Positions 7,571 to 17,232 are shown, counted from the stretch's first letter. The stretch is 29,494 nucleotides of DNA from a virus (IMGVR_UViG_3300014922_000089), one strand, 5' to 3'. Notes: a model not told the origin generated them from the sequence alone. Translations and numbers: made by a program.

Positions 7571-8896
7571 ATGAATAATAACTCTAAGTTATTAAGCTCT
7601 ATCTCGGTTGAATCTGATTTCGAGAACCTTATAAAACTATATGCAAATGAGTTATTTGGTGGTGAAACATATCTGATCGGTGGTCCTTGGGATAATGGAA
7701 AGGATTTGGTAATAAAAAAGGGGAATAGAGAGTTAAAGCAAGCTGTACAAATATCTATTCAAGAGAAAAATATTGAAAGTAAGATTGCTCAAGATATTAA
7801 AAAAGTGGCGAAATTGGTTGATGATCATTATTACCCGCCTGTATTATATTTTTTTTGGAGTCATTCAATATCTGAGCATTTATTGGATAAGATAAGAACA
7901 AATGCTCTTAAGGAAGATTTGATTAGATTGGAGTTTTATGATGCCAAACGAATCTCTCAAGATATTACAGATAAATACCCAGGGTTATTGAATTACTTAA
8001 TAAAAGATATACATAAGATAAGTTCTAATACTGAAGATGCAATTAACTTGCAACAAAGAGCATTTTATGAATATTTATTGTTAAGCAAAGATAGTGCTAA
8101 TTTAAAAAATGAAATAATAAAAGCTAGTATTATGTCTAATTTATATGATGGCGGGAAGTCTGCTGATGATATTCTAGAGAATCTAAAAGGTGTTAGTCTT
8201 ACAAAACGTAGTTTACAGGGTAGACTGCAAAACCTAATTCATCAAAATAAAATTAGATTGAATGATGGTATATATAGCCTGTCACCAGAGGAAATTAAAA
8301 AACTTGAGAATATAAATCTCCGTGAAATTGTTAGAAAAGAAGAGTTGTTATCAGTAATAAATAATGAGTTGCCCAGAAATACAAGTAAGAATCTGGCTGT
8401 TCAAGTTGTTGATTTAATAATAAAGGCTTATGAAGAATCAATAAATGTCCAATTAACAGAAAGTAAATTTGAGCCTCCAAAATTACAGATATTCAAAACT
8501 ATAGTACATAATTTAAAGGTGTTGATACGGCAGGAATATGATTTGGATGATGAGTCTTCGGATGCTTTAGCAAAAAAGCTAATGGAGTTGGCTGGTCAAA
8601 ATGACTATTTATCCGAGCATTGCTCTGCTAAATTATGTGTGAATCTGTTAAGTGATCGGAAATTAGAGAAATATATTGAAAATAAAAATTTTTATATCTA
8701 TTTTGATGCGCCTGTTCTTATTCCATATTTGATAACTCTTATGTTTGGAGATTTTGAGCTTTTTGATAAGTCGATTAAAAATATAAATTTACTGAGAGAG
8801 TGCATAAATCCCCTCAAAAATAAACATCTGAGAGTTTCTAATGAACATTTTGAAGAAACTGCAAGGCACTACTCTGAAGCTGAAAAATTAAGTTAG
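7571..8896 (+). CDS. Cargo protein, N-terminal segment (441 aa); possible Mrr-like PD-(D/E)xK nuclease motif
   Basis: ATG at 7571 with SD. AT-rich with K/N/I-rich codon usage, foreign to the phage backbone. Motif GGPWDNGKDLVI...IQEK resembles Mrr-type GGxxDxGxD...QxK. Ends at an in-frame TAG (8894-8896). Confidence 0.7.
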   Translation: MNNNSKLLSSISVESDFENLIKLYANELFGGETYLIGGPWDNGKDLVIKKGNRELKQAVQISIQEKNIESKIAQDIKKVAKLVDDHYYPPVLYFFWSHSISEHLLDKIRTNALKEDLIRLEFYDAKRISQDITDKYPGLLNYLIKDIHKISSNTEDAINLQQRAFYEYLLLSKDSANLKNEIIKASIMSNLYDGGKSADDILENLKGVSLTKRSLQGRLQNLIHQNKIRLNDGIYSLSPEEIKKLENINLREIVRKEELLSVINNELPRNTSKNLAVQVVDLIIKAYEESINVQLTESKFEPPKLQIFKTIVHNLKVLIRQEYDLDDESSDALAKKLMELAGQNDYLSEHCSAKLCVNLLSDRKLEKYIENKNFYIYFDAPVLIPYLITLMFGDFELFDKSIKNINLLRECINPLKNKHLRVSNEHFEETARHYSEAEKLS

Positions 8897-8959
8897 TTTG
8901 TAACTGAAGATTTAATTAGTCAACTTGGTGAGTCGAAAAATGTATACTTTAATGTTTAT

Positions 8960-9832
8960 ATGCGGTGGAAAAACAAACAGCCTAAACGTACAGACTTTTA
9001 CGATTTTACTTATGCTTTTCTAGGGTTGGATAAAGATGATATTTATGCGGGATATAAGCATGACACATTTGCGCAATGCATTCATAATTTACTAGCGTCA
9101 GCAAATATTGTTGTAATTGATAATAAAGACTCGGTGTCACAAGACTTTGTATTTAAAATAAAGCAAAAACTTAAAAGGGATTTGAATTCTTCACGTCCCG
9201 TTCGAGCCATAGAAAATGATGTTATATGTGCTGCAACTTTGAGTGATGAAACCCTACATCTTGATTCCAATGGTTACTTCAGTACTCCCATGCTAATAAC
9301 ACTTGATAGATCTCAATATCTATTGAGAAGCATAGTAAGAAATGAAAGGAGACATGCTGAATGGTTGGTTTATACCCCTCAAAGAGCAATTGAACGTCTT
9401 TCCTTGGTGGGTTTAAAAATATCATCGGAATCGTTAAAGGATGGTGTTTTAGCAACCATATCAGAAGAATATTTCTTTAAAGAAAGTTCCAGTAGTTTGA
9501 TTGATACTTTGGCTATTATCATTGGAGATAATCAAGCAAGGCAAGGAGATGTTATTAGGCTTGCATCGCTTTTAAAAAGAAAGGTCAATGAGGAATCTAT
9601 TGAGAATTCAGAAATTGATATTGAACACTATAATAACATTAGTTATGTGCTTCTTTTCATTCATCGTGAATTTAAATCTGAATTTTCAAATATAATAAAA
9701 ATTTTTGCTGAGGATAGTAGGCGAGATAAACTGGTTGAAGTTTTGTTATCCACTATTCAAGGAGTTTTTGATGAGAGTAAAAAGGAAATCTTGCGCTCAA
9801 ATATAGGACGGTTGTTGGCTGAAATGGGATGA
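8960..9832 (+). CDS. Cargo protein, C-terminal segment (290 aa); same frame as 7571-8896, no own SD
   Basis: Same reading frame as the upstream ORF. The 63 nt between them are open in that frame. No SD upstream of the ATG at 8960. Probably a continuation of one gene interrupted by an amber codon. Confidence 0.55.
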   Translation: MRWKNKQPKRTDFYDFTYAFLGLDKDDIYAGYKHDTFAQCIHNLLASANIVVIDNKDSVSQDFVFKIKQKLKRDLNSSRPVRAIENDVICAATLSDETLHLDSNGYFSTPMLITLDRSQYLLRSIVRNERRHAEWLVYTPQRAIERLSLVGLKISSESLKDGVLATISEEYFFKESSSSLIDTLAIIIGDNQARQGDVIRLASLLKRKVNEESIENSEIDIEHYNNISYVLLFIHREFKSEFSNIIKIFAEDSRRDKLVEVLLSTIQGVFDESKKEILRSNIGRLLAEMG

Positions 9833-9847
9833 TTTCTTGGTAATTGA

Positions 9848-9884
9848 ACGGCACTATGGTCGTTGCTTATAGTGCCGTTTTAAG
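9848..9884 (+). terminator. Rho-independent terminator after the cargo gene
   Basis: Perfect 10-bp stem ACGGCACTAT / ATAGTGCCGT with an 11-nt loop, followed by TTTTAA. Confidence 0.55.
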
Positions 9885-9923
9885 GTGTCGTGCCATTATG
9901 AATGGCATATCCGAGTTTATATA

Positions 9924-10958
9924 TTAGGTATCGCAAGTATCTAGTGAGTAGTTTTTAAAGTGGATGACCTCCTGACCGAGCCAGCCGTTTATTTCCCGAA
10001 TTCTGTCCTGTAGCGGGATAAGCTCATTGCGGACAAAGACCTTTGCCACTTTCTCAATATCGCCCAGCGACCCGACGTTCTCCGGCTTGCCGCCCATCAA
10101 CTGAAAAGGGATGCGGTGCGCGTCCAGCAGGTCAGCGGCGCTGGCTTTTTTGATATTAAAAAAATCGTCCTTCGTCGCCACTTCACTGAGCGGGATAATT
10201 TTAATGCCGTCGGCTTTCCCCTGCGGGGCATAGAGAAACAGGTTTTTAAAGTTGTTGCGGCCTTTCGACTTCACCATGTTTTCGCGGAGCACTTCGATAT
10301 CGTTGCGATCCTGCACGGCATCAGTGACGTACATGATGTATCCGGCATGTGCGCCGTTTTCGTAATACTTGCGGCGGAACAGCGTGGCCGACTCATTCAG
10401 CCAGGCAGAGTTAAGGGCGCTGAGATATTCCGGCAGGCCGTACAGCTCCTGATTAATATCCGGCTCCAGCAGGTGAAATACGGAGCCGGGCGCGAAAGGT
10501 GTCGGCTCGTTGAAGGACGGCACCCACCAGTAAACATCCTCCTCCACGCCACGGCGGGTATATTTTGCCGGTGAGGTTTCCAGTCTGATGATCTTACCGG
10601 TGGTGCTGTAACGCTTTTCCAGAAACGCATTACCGAACACCAGAAAATCCAGCACAAAGCGGCTGAAATCCTGTTGTGAAAGCCACGGATGCGGGATAAA
10701 TGTCGAGGCCAGAATATTACGTTTGACGTAAATCGGTGAGCTGTGATGCACGGCAGCACGCAGGCTTTTTGCCAGACCGGTAAAGCTGACCGGTGGCTCA
10801 TACCATCTGCCGTTACTGATGCACTCGACGTAATCCAGAATGTCACGGCGGTCGAGTACCGGCACCGGCTCACCAAAGGTGAATGCCTCCATTTTCGGGG
10901 CGCTGGCGGTCATTTTTTTTGCCGCAGGTTGCGGTGTTTTCCCTTTTTTCTTGCTCAT
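9924..10958 (-). CDS. Q: Portal protein Q (344 aa)
   Basis: 344 aa, as P2 Q. Leftward operon with P. Confidence 0.9.
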   Translation of the reverse strand: MSKKKGKTPQPAAKKMTASAPKMEAFTFGEPVPVLDRRDILDYVECISNGRWYEPPVSFTGLAKSLRAAVHHSSPIYVKRNILASTFIPHPWLSQQDFSRFVLDFLVFGNAFLEKRYSTTGKIIRLETSPAKYTRRGVEEDVYWWVPSFNEPTPFAPGSVFHLLEPDINQELYGLPEYLSALNSAWLNESATLFRRKYYENGAHAGYIMYVTDAVQDRNDIEVLRENMVKSKGRNNFKNLFLYAPQGKADGIKIIPLSEVATKDDFFNIKKASAADLLDAHRIPFQLMGGKPENVGSLGDIEKVAKVFVRNELIPLQDRIREINGWLGQEVIHFKNYSLDTCDT

Positions 10959-12730
10959 CAGTAAAACTCCAGAATGGTGGATGTCAGCGGGGTGCTGATA
11001 CCGGCGGTGAGTGGCTCATTTAACAGGGCGTGCATGGTCGCCCAGGCGAGGTCGGCGTGGCTGGCTTCCTCGCTGCGGCTGGCCTCATAGGTGGCGCTGC
11101 GTCCGCTGCTGGTCATGGTCTTGCGGATAGCCATAAACGAGCTGGTGATGTCGGTGGCGCTGACGTCATATTCCAGACAGCCACGGCGGATAACGTCTTT
11201 GGCCTTGAGCACCATTGCGGTTTTCATTTCCGGCGTGTAGCGGATATCGCGCGCGGCGGGATAGAACGAGCGCACGAGCTGGAACACGCCGACACCGAGG
11301 CCGGTGGCATCAATACCGATGTATTCGACGTTGTATTTTTCGGTGAGTTTGCGGATGGATTCCGCCTGGGTGGCAAAGTCCATGCCTTTCCACTGGTGAC
11401 GCTCAAGTATTCTGAATTTGCCACCGGCCACCACCGGCGGTGCCAGCACCACGCATCCGGCGCTGTCGCCACGGTGTGACGGGTCGTAACCAATCCATAC
11501 CGGGCGGGAGCCGAACGGATTGGCGGCAAACGGCGCATAGTCTTCCCATTCTTCCAGCGTGTCGACCATGCAGCGTTGCAGCTCCTCGAACGGGAACACC
11601 GACGCCTTGTCGTCAACAAATTCACACATGAACAGGTTTTTAAAATCGTCGGCGCTGTTTTCGCGTTTAAGCTGCTCAATGTCGAACAGCGTGCAGCCAC
11701 CTTTCAGGGCGTCCTCAATGGTGACAATCTGCCGCCACTGGCCGTCCGCACAGAGAAGACCTCCGGCAAGTGCGTTATGACTGACGTCGATTTCCACGCG
11801 TTCGGCGGCGCTGGCGCGTCCCCGGTTGAACAGTTCACCCGACCAGAACGGGTAGGCGTCGTGCGCCAGCGTGGACGGGGTGGAGAAATAGGTCGAGCGC
11901 AGGTGACTCTGTGAGGCCATACCTGATGCCACCTTACGCAGTACCTGAAAATTCGGGATCCAGAAAATCTCATCGACGTACAGGTCGCCGTTATGGCTCT
12001 GCGCGGTGTTGGAGTTGGTGCCGAGAAAAATCAGTTTTGCGCCGTTATTGCCCAGGACAATCGGGTCACCGGTCAGGTCAACGTCAACCAGACGGGCAAA
12101 GGCGATGATGTATTCGCGGAACACATACGCCTGCGTTTTACTGGCCGACAGAAAAATCTGGTTATGACCGGTTTTCAGGGCGCGCAGCAGCGCCTCGCGG
12201 GAAAAATAAAACGTCGCGCCAATCTGGCGGGATTTCAGGATATCGCGGATGCGGTGCTCAAGCCCGGCGCGATACCAGTGCAACTGATAGTCGAAAGACT
12301 GCTCAAAGAAAATCTGCTCCAGCTTTTCGATGGCCTCGTCGCTGAAAAAATTTTTTTTCGGTTTGCGCCGCCCGCCTTTGTTGCGGTTAGCGACGTTCGG
12401 ATTAAGGTCTGCCTCGTTGCCGGTCTGGCTGTAACGATTTACCCGTGCCAGTCGTTCAATCTGGCGTCCCAGCAGGTCAATTTCCTTGAAGTCACCGCCG
12501 GTTTTCTGCGGTTTGATGATGAGCTGGGTCAGCCGCGCTTCCAGGCTCATTTCGACACGGCTGATGGGGGCAACGTTGTCCCAGCCGTCGCGCTGTTTCC
12601 AGCTCTGCACCGTCGGGCGTTTCATCTGCAACATGGCGGCAATCTGCGGCACGGAAAACCCCTGCCAGTACAGCAGCGCCGCCTGACGACGCGGGTCGTG
12701 TAAAAGAGTGGTGTCTGTGGTGATGGTCAT
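10958..12730 (-). CDS. P: Terminase large (ATPase) subunit P (590 aa)
   Basis: Starts MTITTDTTLLHDPRRQAALLYWQGF at the ATG at 12730 (the track starts 10 codons earlier). 590 aa, as P2 P. Confidence 0.9.
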   Translation of the reverse strand: MTITTDTTLLHDPRRQAALLYWQGFSVPQIAAMLQMKRPTVQSWKQRDGWDNVAPISRVEMSLEARLTQLIIKPQKTGGDFKEIDLLGRQIERLARVNRYSQTGNEADLNPNVANRNKGGRRKPKKNFFSDEAIEKLEQIFFEQSFDYQLHWYRAGLEHRIRDILKSRQIGATFYFSREALLRALKTGHNQIFLSASKTQAYVFREYIIAFARLVDVDLTGDPIVLGNNGAKLIFLGTNSNTAQSHNGDLYVDEIFWIPNFQVLRKVASGMASQSHLRSTYFSTPSTLAHDAYPFWSGELFNRGRASAAERVEIDVSHNALAGGLLCADGQWRQIVTIEDALKGGCTLFDIEQLKRENSADDFKNLFMCEFVDDKASVFPFEELQRCMVDTLEEWEDYAPFAANPFGSRPVWIGYDPSHRGDSAGCVVLAPPVVAGGKFRILERHQWKGMDFATQAESIRKLTEKYNVEYIGIDATGLGVGVFQLVRSFYPAARDIRYTPEMKTAMVLKAKDVIRRGCLEYDVSATDITSSFMAIRKTMTSSGRSATYEASRSEEASHADLAWATMHALLNEPLTAGISTPLTSTILEFY

Positions 12731-12903
12731 GAATACCTCGCCGTGATGAATACACGGCAAGGCTACTGAGTCGCGCCCCGCGATTCGCTAAGGTGCTGTT
12801 GTGTCAGTGATAAGCCATCCGGGACTGATGGCGGAGGATGCGCATCGTCGGGAAACTGATGCCGACATGTGACTCCTCTAATCACTATTCAGGACTCCTG
12901 ACA

Positions 12904-13758
12904 ATGGCAAAAAAAGTCTCAAAATTCTTTCGTATCGGCGTTGAGGGTGACACCTGTGACGGGCGTGTCATCAGTGCGCAGGATATTCAGGAAATGGCCG
13001 AAACCTTTGACCCGCGTGTCTACGGTTGCCGCATTAACCTGGAGCATCTGCGCGGCATCCTGCCTGACGGTATTTTTAAACGTTATGGCGATGTGGCCGA
13101 ACTGAAGGCCGAAAAGATTGATGACGATTCGGCGCTGAAAGGCAAATGGGCGCTGTTTGCGAAAATCACCCCGACCGATGACCTTATCGCGATGAACAAG
13201 GCCGCGCAGAAGGTCTACACCTCAATGGAAATTCAGCCGAACTTTGCCAACACCGGCAAATGTTATCTGGTGGGGCTGGCCGTCACCGATGACCCGGCAA
13301 GCCTCGGCACGGAATACCTGGAATTCTGCCGCACGGCAAAACACAACCCCCTGAACCGCTTCAAATTAAGCCCTGAAAACCTGATTTCAGTGGCAACGCC
13401 CGTTGAGCTGGAATTTGAAGACCTGCCTGAAACCGTGTTCACCGCCCTGACCGAAAAGGTGAAATCCATTTTTGGCCGCAAACAGGCCAGCGATGACGCT
13501 CGTCTGAATGACGTGCATGAAGCGGTGACCGCTGTCGCTGAGCATGTGCAGGAAAAACTGAGCGCCACTGAGCAGCGCCTTGCTGAGATGGAAACCGCCT
13601 TTTCCGCACTTAAGCAGGATGTGACTGACAGGGCGGATGAAACCAGTCAGGCATTCACCCGCCTGAAAAACAGTCTCGACCACACCGAAAGTCTGACCCA
13701 GCAGCGCCGCAGCAAAGCCACCGGCGGTGGCGGTGACGCCCTGATGACGAACTGCTGA
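12904..13758 (+). CDS. O: Capsid scaffolding protein O (284 aa)
   Basis: ATG at 12904 (MAKKVSKFF) with SD. 284 aa, as P2 O. Divergent from P. Confidence 0.85.
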   Translation: MAKKVSKFFRIGVEGDTCDGRVISAQDIQEMAETFDPRVYGCRINLEHLRGILPDGIFKRYGDVAELKAEKIDDDSALKGKWALFAKITPTDDLIAMNKAAQKVYTSMEIQPNFANTGKCYLVGLAVTDDPASLGTEYLEFCRTAKHNPLNRFKLSPENLISVATPVELEFEDLPETVFTALTEKVKSIFGRKQASDDARLNDVHEAVTAVAEHVQEKLSATEQRLAEMETAFSALKQDVTDRADETSQAFTRLKNSLDHTESLTQQRRSKATGGGGDALMTNC

Positions 13759-13816
13759 CCGGCGTCAGTCAGTCCGGGAAAACCTTCACGATTAACCCTT
13801 AATTTCAGGAAAAACT

Positions 13817-14890
13817 ATGCGCCAGGAAACCCGCTTTAAATTTAATGCCTACCTGTCCCGTGTTGCCGAACTGAACGGCATCGACGCCGGTGATGTGTCG
13901 AAAAAATTCACCGTTGAACCGTCGGTCACCCAGACCCTGATGAACACCATGCAGGAGTCCTCTGACTTTCTGACCCGCATCAACATTGTGCCGGTCAGCG
14001 AAATGAAAGGGGAAAAAATTGGTATTGGTGTCACCGGCTCCATCGCCAGCACCACCGACACCGCCGGTGGCACCGAGCGTCAGCCGAAGGACTTCTCGAA
14101 GCTGGCGTCAAACAAGTACGAATGCGACCAGATTAACTTCGATTTTTATATCCGCTACAAAACGCTGGACCTGTGGGCGCGTTATCAGGATTTCCAGCTC
14201 CGTGTCCGTAACGCCATTATCAAACGCCAGTCCCTTGATTTAATCATGGCCGGTTTTAACGGCGTGAGGCGTGCCGAAACCTCTGACCGCAGCAGCAATC
14301 CGATGTTGCAGGATGTGGCGGTCGGCTGGCTGCAGAAATACCGCAATGAAGCCCCGGCGCGCGTGATGAGCAAGGTCACTGACGAGGAAGGCCGCACCAC
14401 CTCTGAGGTTATCCGCGTGGGTAAGGGCGGTGATTATGCCAGCCTTGATGCACTGGTGATGGATGCGACCAACAACCTGATTGAACCGTGGTATCAGGAA
14501 GACCCTGACCTTGTGGTGATTGTGGGACGTCAGCTACTGGCGGACAAGTATTTTCCCATCGTCAACAAGGAGCAGGACAACAGCGAAATGCTGGCCGCTG
14601 ACGTCATCATCAGCCAGAAACGCATCGGCAACCTGCCAGCGGTACGCGTCCCGTACTTCCCGGCGGATGCGATGCTCATCACGAAGCTGGAAAACCTGTC
14701 CATCTACTACATGGATGACAGCCATCGCCGCGTGATTGAGGAAAACCCGAAACTCGACCGCGTGGAGAACTACGAGTCAATGAACATTGATTACGTGGTG
14801 GAGGACTACGCCGCCGGTTGTCTGGTGGAAAAAATTAAAGTCGGTGATTTCTCCACACCGGCTAAGGCGACCGCAGAGCCGGGAGCGTAA
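13817..14890 (+). CDS. N: Major capsid protein N (357 aa)
   Basis: 357 aa, as P2 N. Follows the scaffold gene. Confidence 0.9.
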   Translation: MRQETRFKFNAYLSRVAELNGIDAGDVSKKFTVEPSVTQTLMNTMQESSDFLTRINIVPVSEMKGEKIGIGVTGSIASTTDTAGGTERQPKDFSKLASNKYECDQINFDFYIRYKTLDLWARYQDFQLRVRNAIIKRQSLDLIMAGFNGVRRAETSDRSSNPMLQDVAVGWLQKYRNEAPARVMSKVTDEEGRTTSEVIRVGKGGDYASLDALVMDATNNLIEPWYQEDPDLVVIVGRQLLADKYFPIVNKEQDNSEMLAADVIISQKRIGNLPAVRVPYFPADAMLITKLENLSIYYMDDSHRRVIEENPKLDRVENYESMNIDYVVEDYAAGCLVEKIKVGDFSTPAKATAEPGA

Positions 14891-14893
14891 CCG

Positions 14894-15637
14894 ATGACGA
14901 GTCCCGCACAGCGCCACATGATGCGGGTCTCGGCAGCGATGACCGCGCAGCGGGAAGCCGCCCCGCTGCGACATGCAACTGTCTATGAGCAGATGCTGGT
15001 TAAGCTCGCCGCAGACCAGCGCACACTGAAAGCGATTTACTCAAAAGAGCTGAAGGCCGCGAAAAAACGCGAACTGCTGCCGTTCTGGTTGCCGTGGGTG
15101 AACGGCGTGCTGGAGCTGGGCAAAGGTGCACAGGATGACATTCTGATGACGGTCATGCTGTGGCGTCTGGATACCGGCGATATTGCCGGTGCGCTGGAGA
15201 TTGCCCGTTATGCCCTGAAGTACGGTCTGACCATGCCGGGTAAACACCGCCGTACCCCGCCGTACATGTTCACCGAGGAGGTGGCGCTTGCGGCCATGCG
15301 CGCTCACGCTGCCGGTGAGTCTGTGGATACCCGCCTGCTGACGGAGACCCTTGAACTGACCGCCACGGCTGACATGCCTGATGAAGTGCGCGCAAAGCTG
15401 CACAAAATCACCGGTCTGTTTCTGCGTGACGGTGGTGATGCCGCCGGTGCGCTGGCTCACCTGCAACGTGCGACACAGCTCGACTGTCAGGCAGGCGTCA
15501 AAAAAGAGATTGAACGACTGGAGCGGGAGCTGAAACCGAAGCCGGAGCCGCAGCCCAAAGCGGTCACCCGCGCCCCGCGTAAGACCCGGAGCGTGACACC
15601 GGCAAAACGTGGACGCCCGAAAAAGAAAGCCAGTTAA
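14894..15637 (+). CDS. M: Terminase small / endonuclease subunit M (247 aa)
   Basis: 247 aa, as P2 M. Basic C-terminal tail. Confidence 0.85.
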   Translation: MTSPAQRHMMRVSAAMTAQREAAPLRHATVYEQMLVKLAADQRTLKAIYSKELKAAKKRELLPFWLPWVNGVLELGKGAQDDILMTVMLWRLDTGDIAGALEIARYALKYGLTMPGKHRRTPPYMFTEEVALAAMRAHAAGESVDTRLLTETLELTATADMPDEVRAKLHKITGLFLRDGGDAAGALAHLQRATQLDCQAGVKKEIERLERELKPKPEPQPKAVTRAPRKTRSVTPAKRGRPKKKAS

Positions 15638-15668
15638 CAACCGAACGCGCCCCGCGCCAGGGCGGCAC

Positions 15669-15708
15669 GCCGGTGCAGTGACGGTGAATCACCTGACACT
15701 GCACCGGC
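15669..15708. repeat. Perfect 12-bp inverted repeat (GCCGGTGCAGTG ... CACTGCACCGGC), 16-nt loop
   Basis: In the M-L intergenic region. No immediate T-run follows. Confidence 0.5.
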
Positions 15709-15737
15709 GTCCACCGCCCGACTTTTCAGAGGTAGTC

Positions 15738-16247
15738 ATGATGACGCTGATTATTCCGCGAAAGGAGGCTCCCGTGTCCGGTGAGGGTACGGTGGTTATC
15801 CCGCAACCGGCAGGCGACGAGCCGGTGATTAAAAACACGTTCTTTTTTCCCGATATTGACCCGAAGCGCGTCCGGGAACGTATGCGCCTTGAGCAGACCG
15901 TCGCCCCCGCCCGTCTGCGTGAGGCCATCAAGTCAGGCATGGCTGAAACGAATGCGGAGCTGTACGAGTACCGCGAACAGAAAATTGCCGCCGGTTTTAC
16001 GCGTCTGGCGGACGTCCCGGCGGACGACATCGACGGTGAAAGCATCAAAGTTTTTTACTACGAGCGCGCCGTGTGTGCGATGGCGACCGCGTCGCTTTAT
16101 GAGCGTTATCGCGGTGTGGATGCCAGTGCGAAAGGCGACAAGAAGGCTGACAGCATTGACAGCACCATTGATGAGCTGTGGCGGGATATGCGCTGGGCGG
16201 TGGCGCGCATCCAGGACAAGCCGCGCTGCATCGTGAGTCAAATCTGA
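15738..16247 (+). CDS. L: Head completion protein L (169 aa)
   Basis: ATG at 15738 (MMTLIIPRK). 169 aa, as P2 L. Confidence 0.8.
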   Translation: MMTLIIPRKEAPVSGEGTVVIPQPAGDEPVIKNTFFFPDIDPKRVRERMRLEQTVAPARLREAIKSGMAETNAELYEYREQKIAAGFTRLADVPADDIDGESIKVFYYERAVCAMATASLYERYRGVDASAKGDKKADSIDSTIDELWRDMRWAVARIQDKPRCIVSQI

Positions 16248-16450
16248 TGAAGACCTTTGCGCTACAGGGCGACACGCTCGACGCCATTTGTGTCCGGTAT
16301 TACGGGCGCACTGAGGGCGTGGTCGAAGCCGTACTCGCCGCAAATCCGGGACTGGCTGAACTGGGCGCGGTGCTGCCGCACGGCACCGCCGTCGAACTGC
16401 CCGACGTTCAGACCGCGCCCGTGGCTGAAACTGTCAATCTTTGGGAGTAA
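16247..16450 (+). CDS. X: Tail protein X (67 aa)
   Basis: MKTFALQGDTLDAICVRYYGR... 67 aa. Overlapping stop/start with L. Confidence 0.8.
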   Translation: MKTFALQGDTLDAICVRYYGRTEGVVEAVLAANPGLAELGAVLPHGTAVELPDVQTAPVAETVNLWE

Positions 16451-16453
16451 CGC

Positions 16454-16735
16454 ATGACAGCAGAAGAAAAAAGCGTCCTGTCGCTTTTCATGATTGGAGT
16501 GCTGATTGTTGTCGGCAAGGTGCTTGCCGGTGGTGAACCCATCACCCCGCGTCTGTTTATCGGGCGCATGTTGCTCGGTGGTTTTGTCTCGATGGTTGCC
16601 GGTGTTGTTCTGGTGCAGTTTCCTGACCTGTCATTGCCTGCGGTGTGCGGCATCGGCTCCATGCTGGGTATCGCCGGTTATCAGGTGATTGAGATTGCCA
16701 TTCAGCGCCGTTTTAAGGGCAGGGGGAAACCGTAA
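16454..16735 (+). CDS. Y: Holin Y (93 aa)
   Basis: 93 aa with multiple hydrophobic transmembrane segments and a charged C-terminus. Precedes the endolysin. Confidence 0.85.
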   Translation: MTAEEKSVLSLFMIGVLIVVGKVLAGGEPITPRLFIGRMLLGGFVSMVAGVVLVQFPDLSLPAVCGIGSMLGIAGYQVIEIAIQRRFKGRGKP

Positions 16736-17232
16736 TGCCGGTAATTAACACGCATCAGAATATCGCGGCCTTTCTCGACATGCTGGCCGTGTCCGAAGGG
16801 ACGGCGAACCATCCGCTGACGAAAAACCGGGGCTATGACGTGATAGTCACCGGAGTGGACGGAAAGCCGGAAATTTTCACCGACTACAGTGACCACCCGT
16901 TCGCGCATGGCCGACCGGCGAAGGTGTTTAACCGTCGCGGTGAAAAATCCACGGCTTCCGGTCGCTATCAGCAGCTTTACCTGTTCTGGCCGCATTACCG
17001 CAAACAGCTTGCCCTGCCGGATTTCAGTCCGTTGTCACAGGACAGACTTGCCATTCAGTTGATCCGCGAACGCGGTGCACTGGATGACATCCGGGCGGGA
17101 CGCATTGAGCGCGCCATTTCACGCTGTCGCAATATCTGGGCGTCCCTGCCGGGTGCCGGTTACGGTCAGCGTGAGCATTCACTGGAAAAACTGGTCACCG
17201 TCTGGCGTACCGCCGGCGGCGTACCGGCTTAA
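16735..17232 (+). CDS. K: Endolysin K (165 aa)
   Basis: 165 aa, as P2 K. Position in the lysis cassette. Confidence 0.85.
   Translation: MPVINTHQNIAAFLDMLAVSEGTANHPLTKNRGYDVIVTGVDGKPEIFTDYSDHPFAHGRPAKVFNRRGEKSTASGRYQQLYLFWPHYRKQLALPDFSPLSQDRLAIQLIRERGALDDIRAGRIERAISRCRNIWASLPGAGYGQREHSLEKLVTVWRTAGGVPA

Noticed and set aside
7571-9832. HEPN-like Rx4H motifs (RVSNEH, RNERRH) in the cargo protein
   Set aside because: Rx4-6H occurs frequently by chance in proteins of this size. Without structural context it is not evidence for a HEPN RNase domain.
10116-12703. Long antisense ORFs inside the portal/terminase region (e.g. 10116-10574, 11030-11479, 11993-12703)
   Set aside because: They lie opposite well-supported P2-length genes in GC-rich DNA, where stop codons are rare by chance. 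They have no RBS and an arginine/alanine-rich low-complexity composition.
12731-12903. Ogr-dependent late promoter dyad (TGT-N12-ACA) between P and O
   Set aside because: A divergent late promoter is expected here, but I could not find an exact TGT-N12-ACA element by eye (closest is TGT-N12-CAC). Not reported as a feature.
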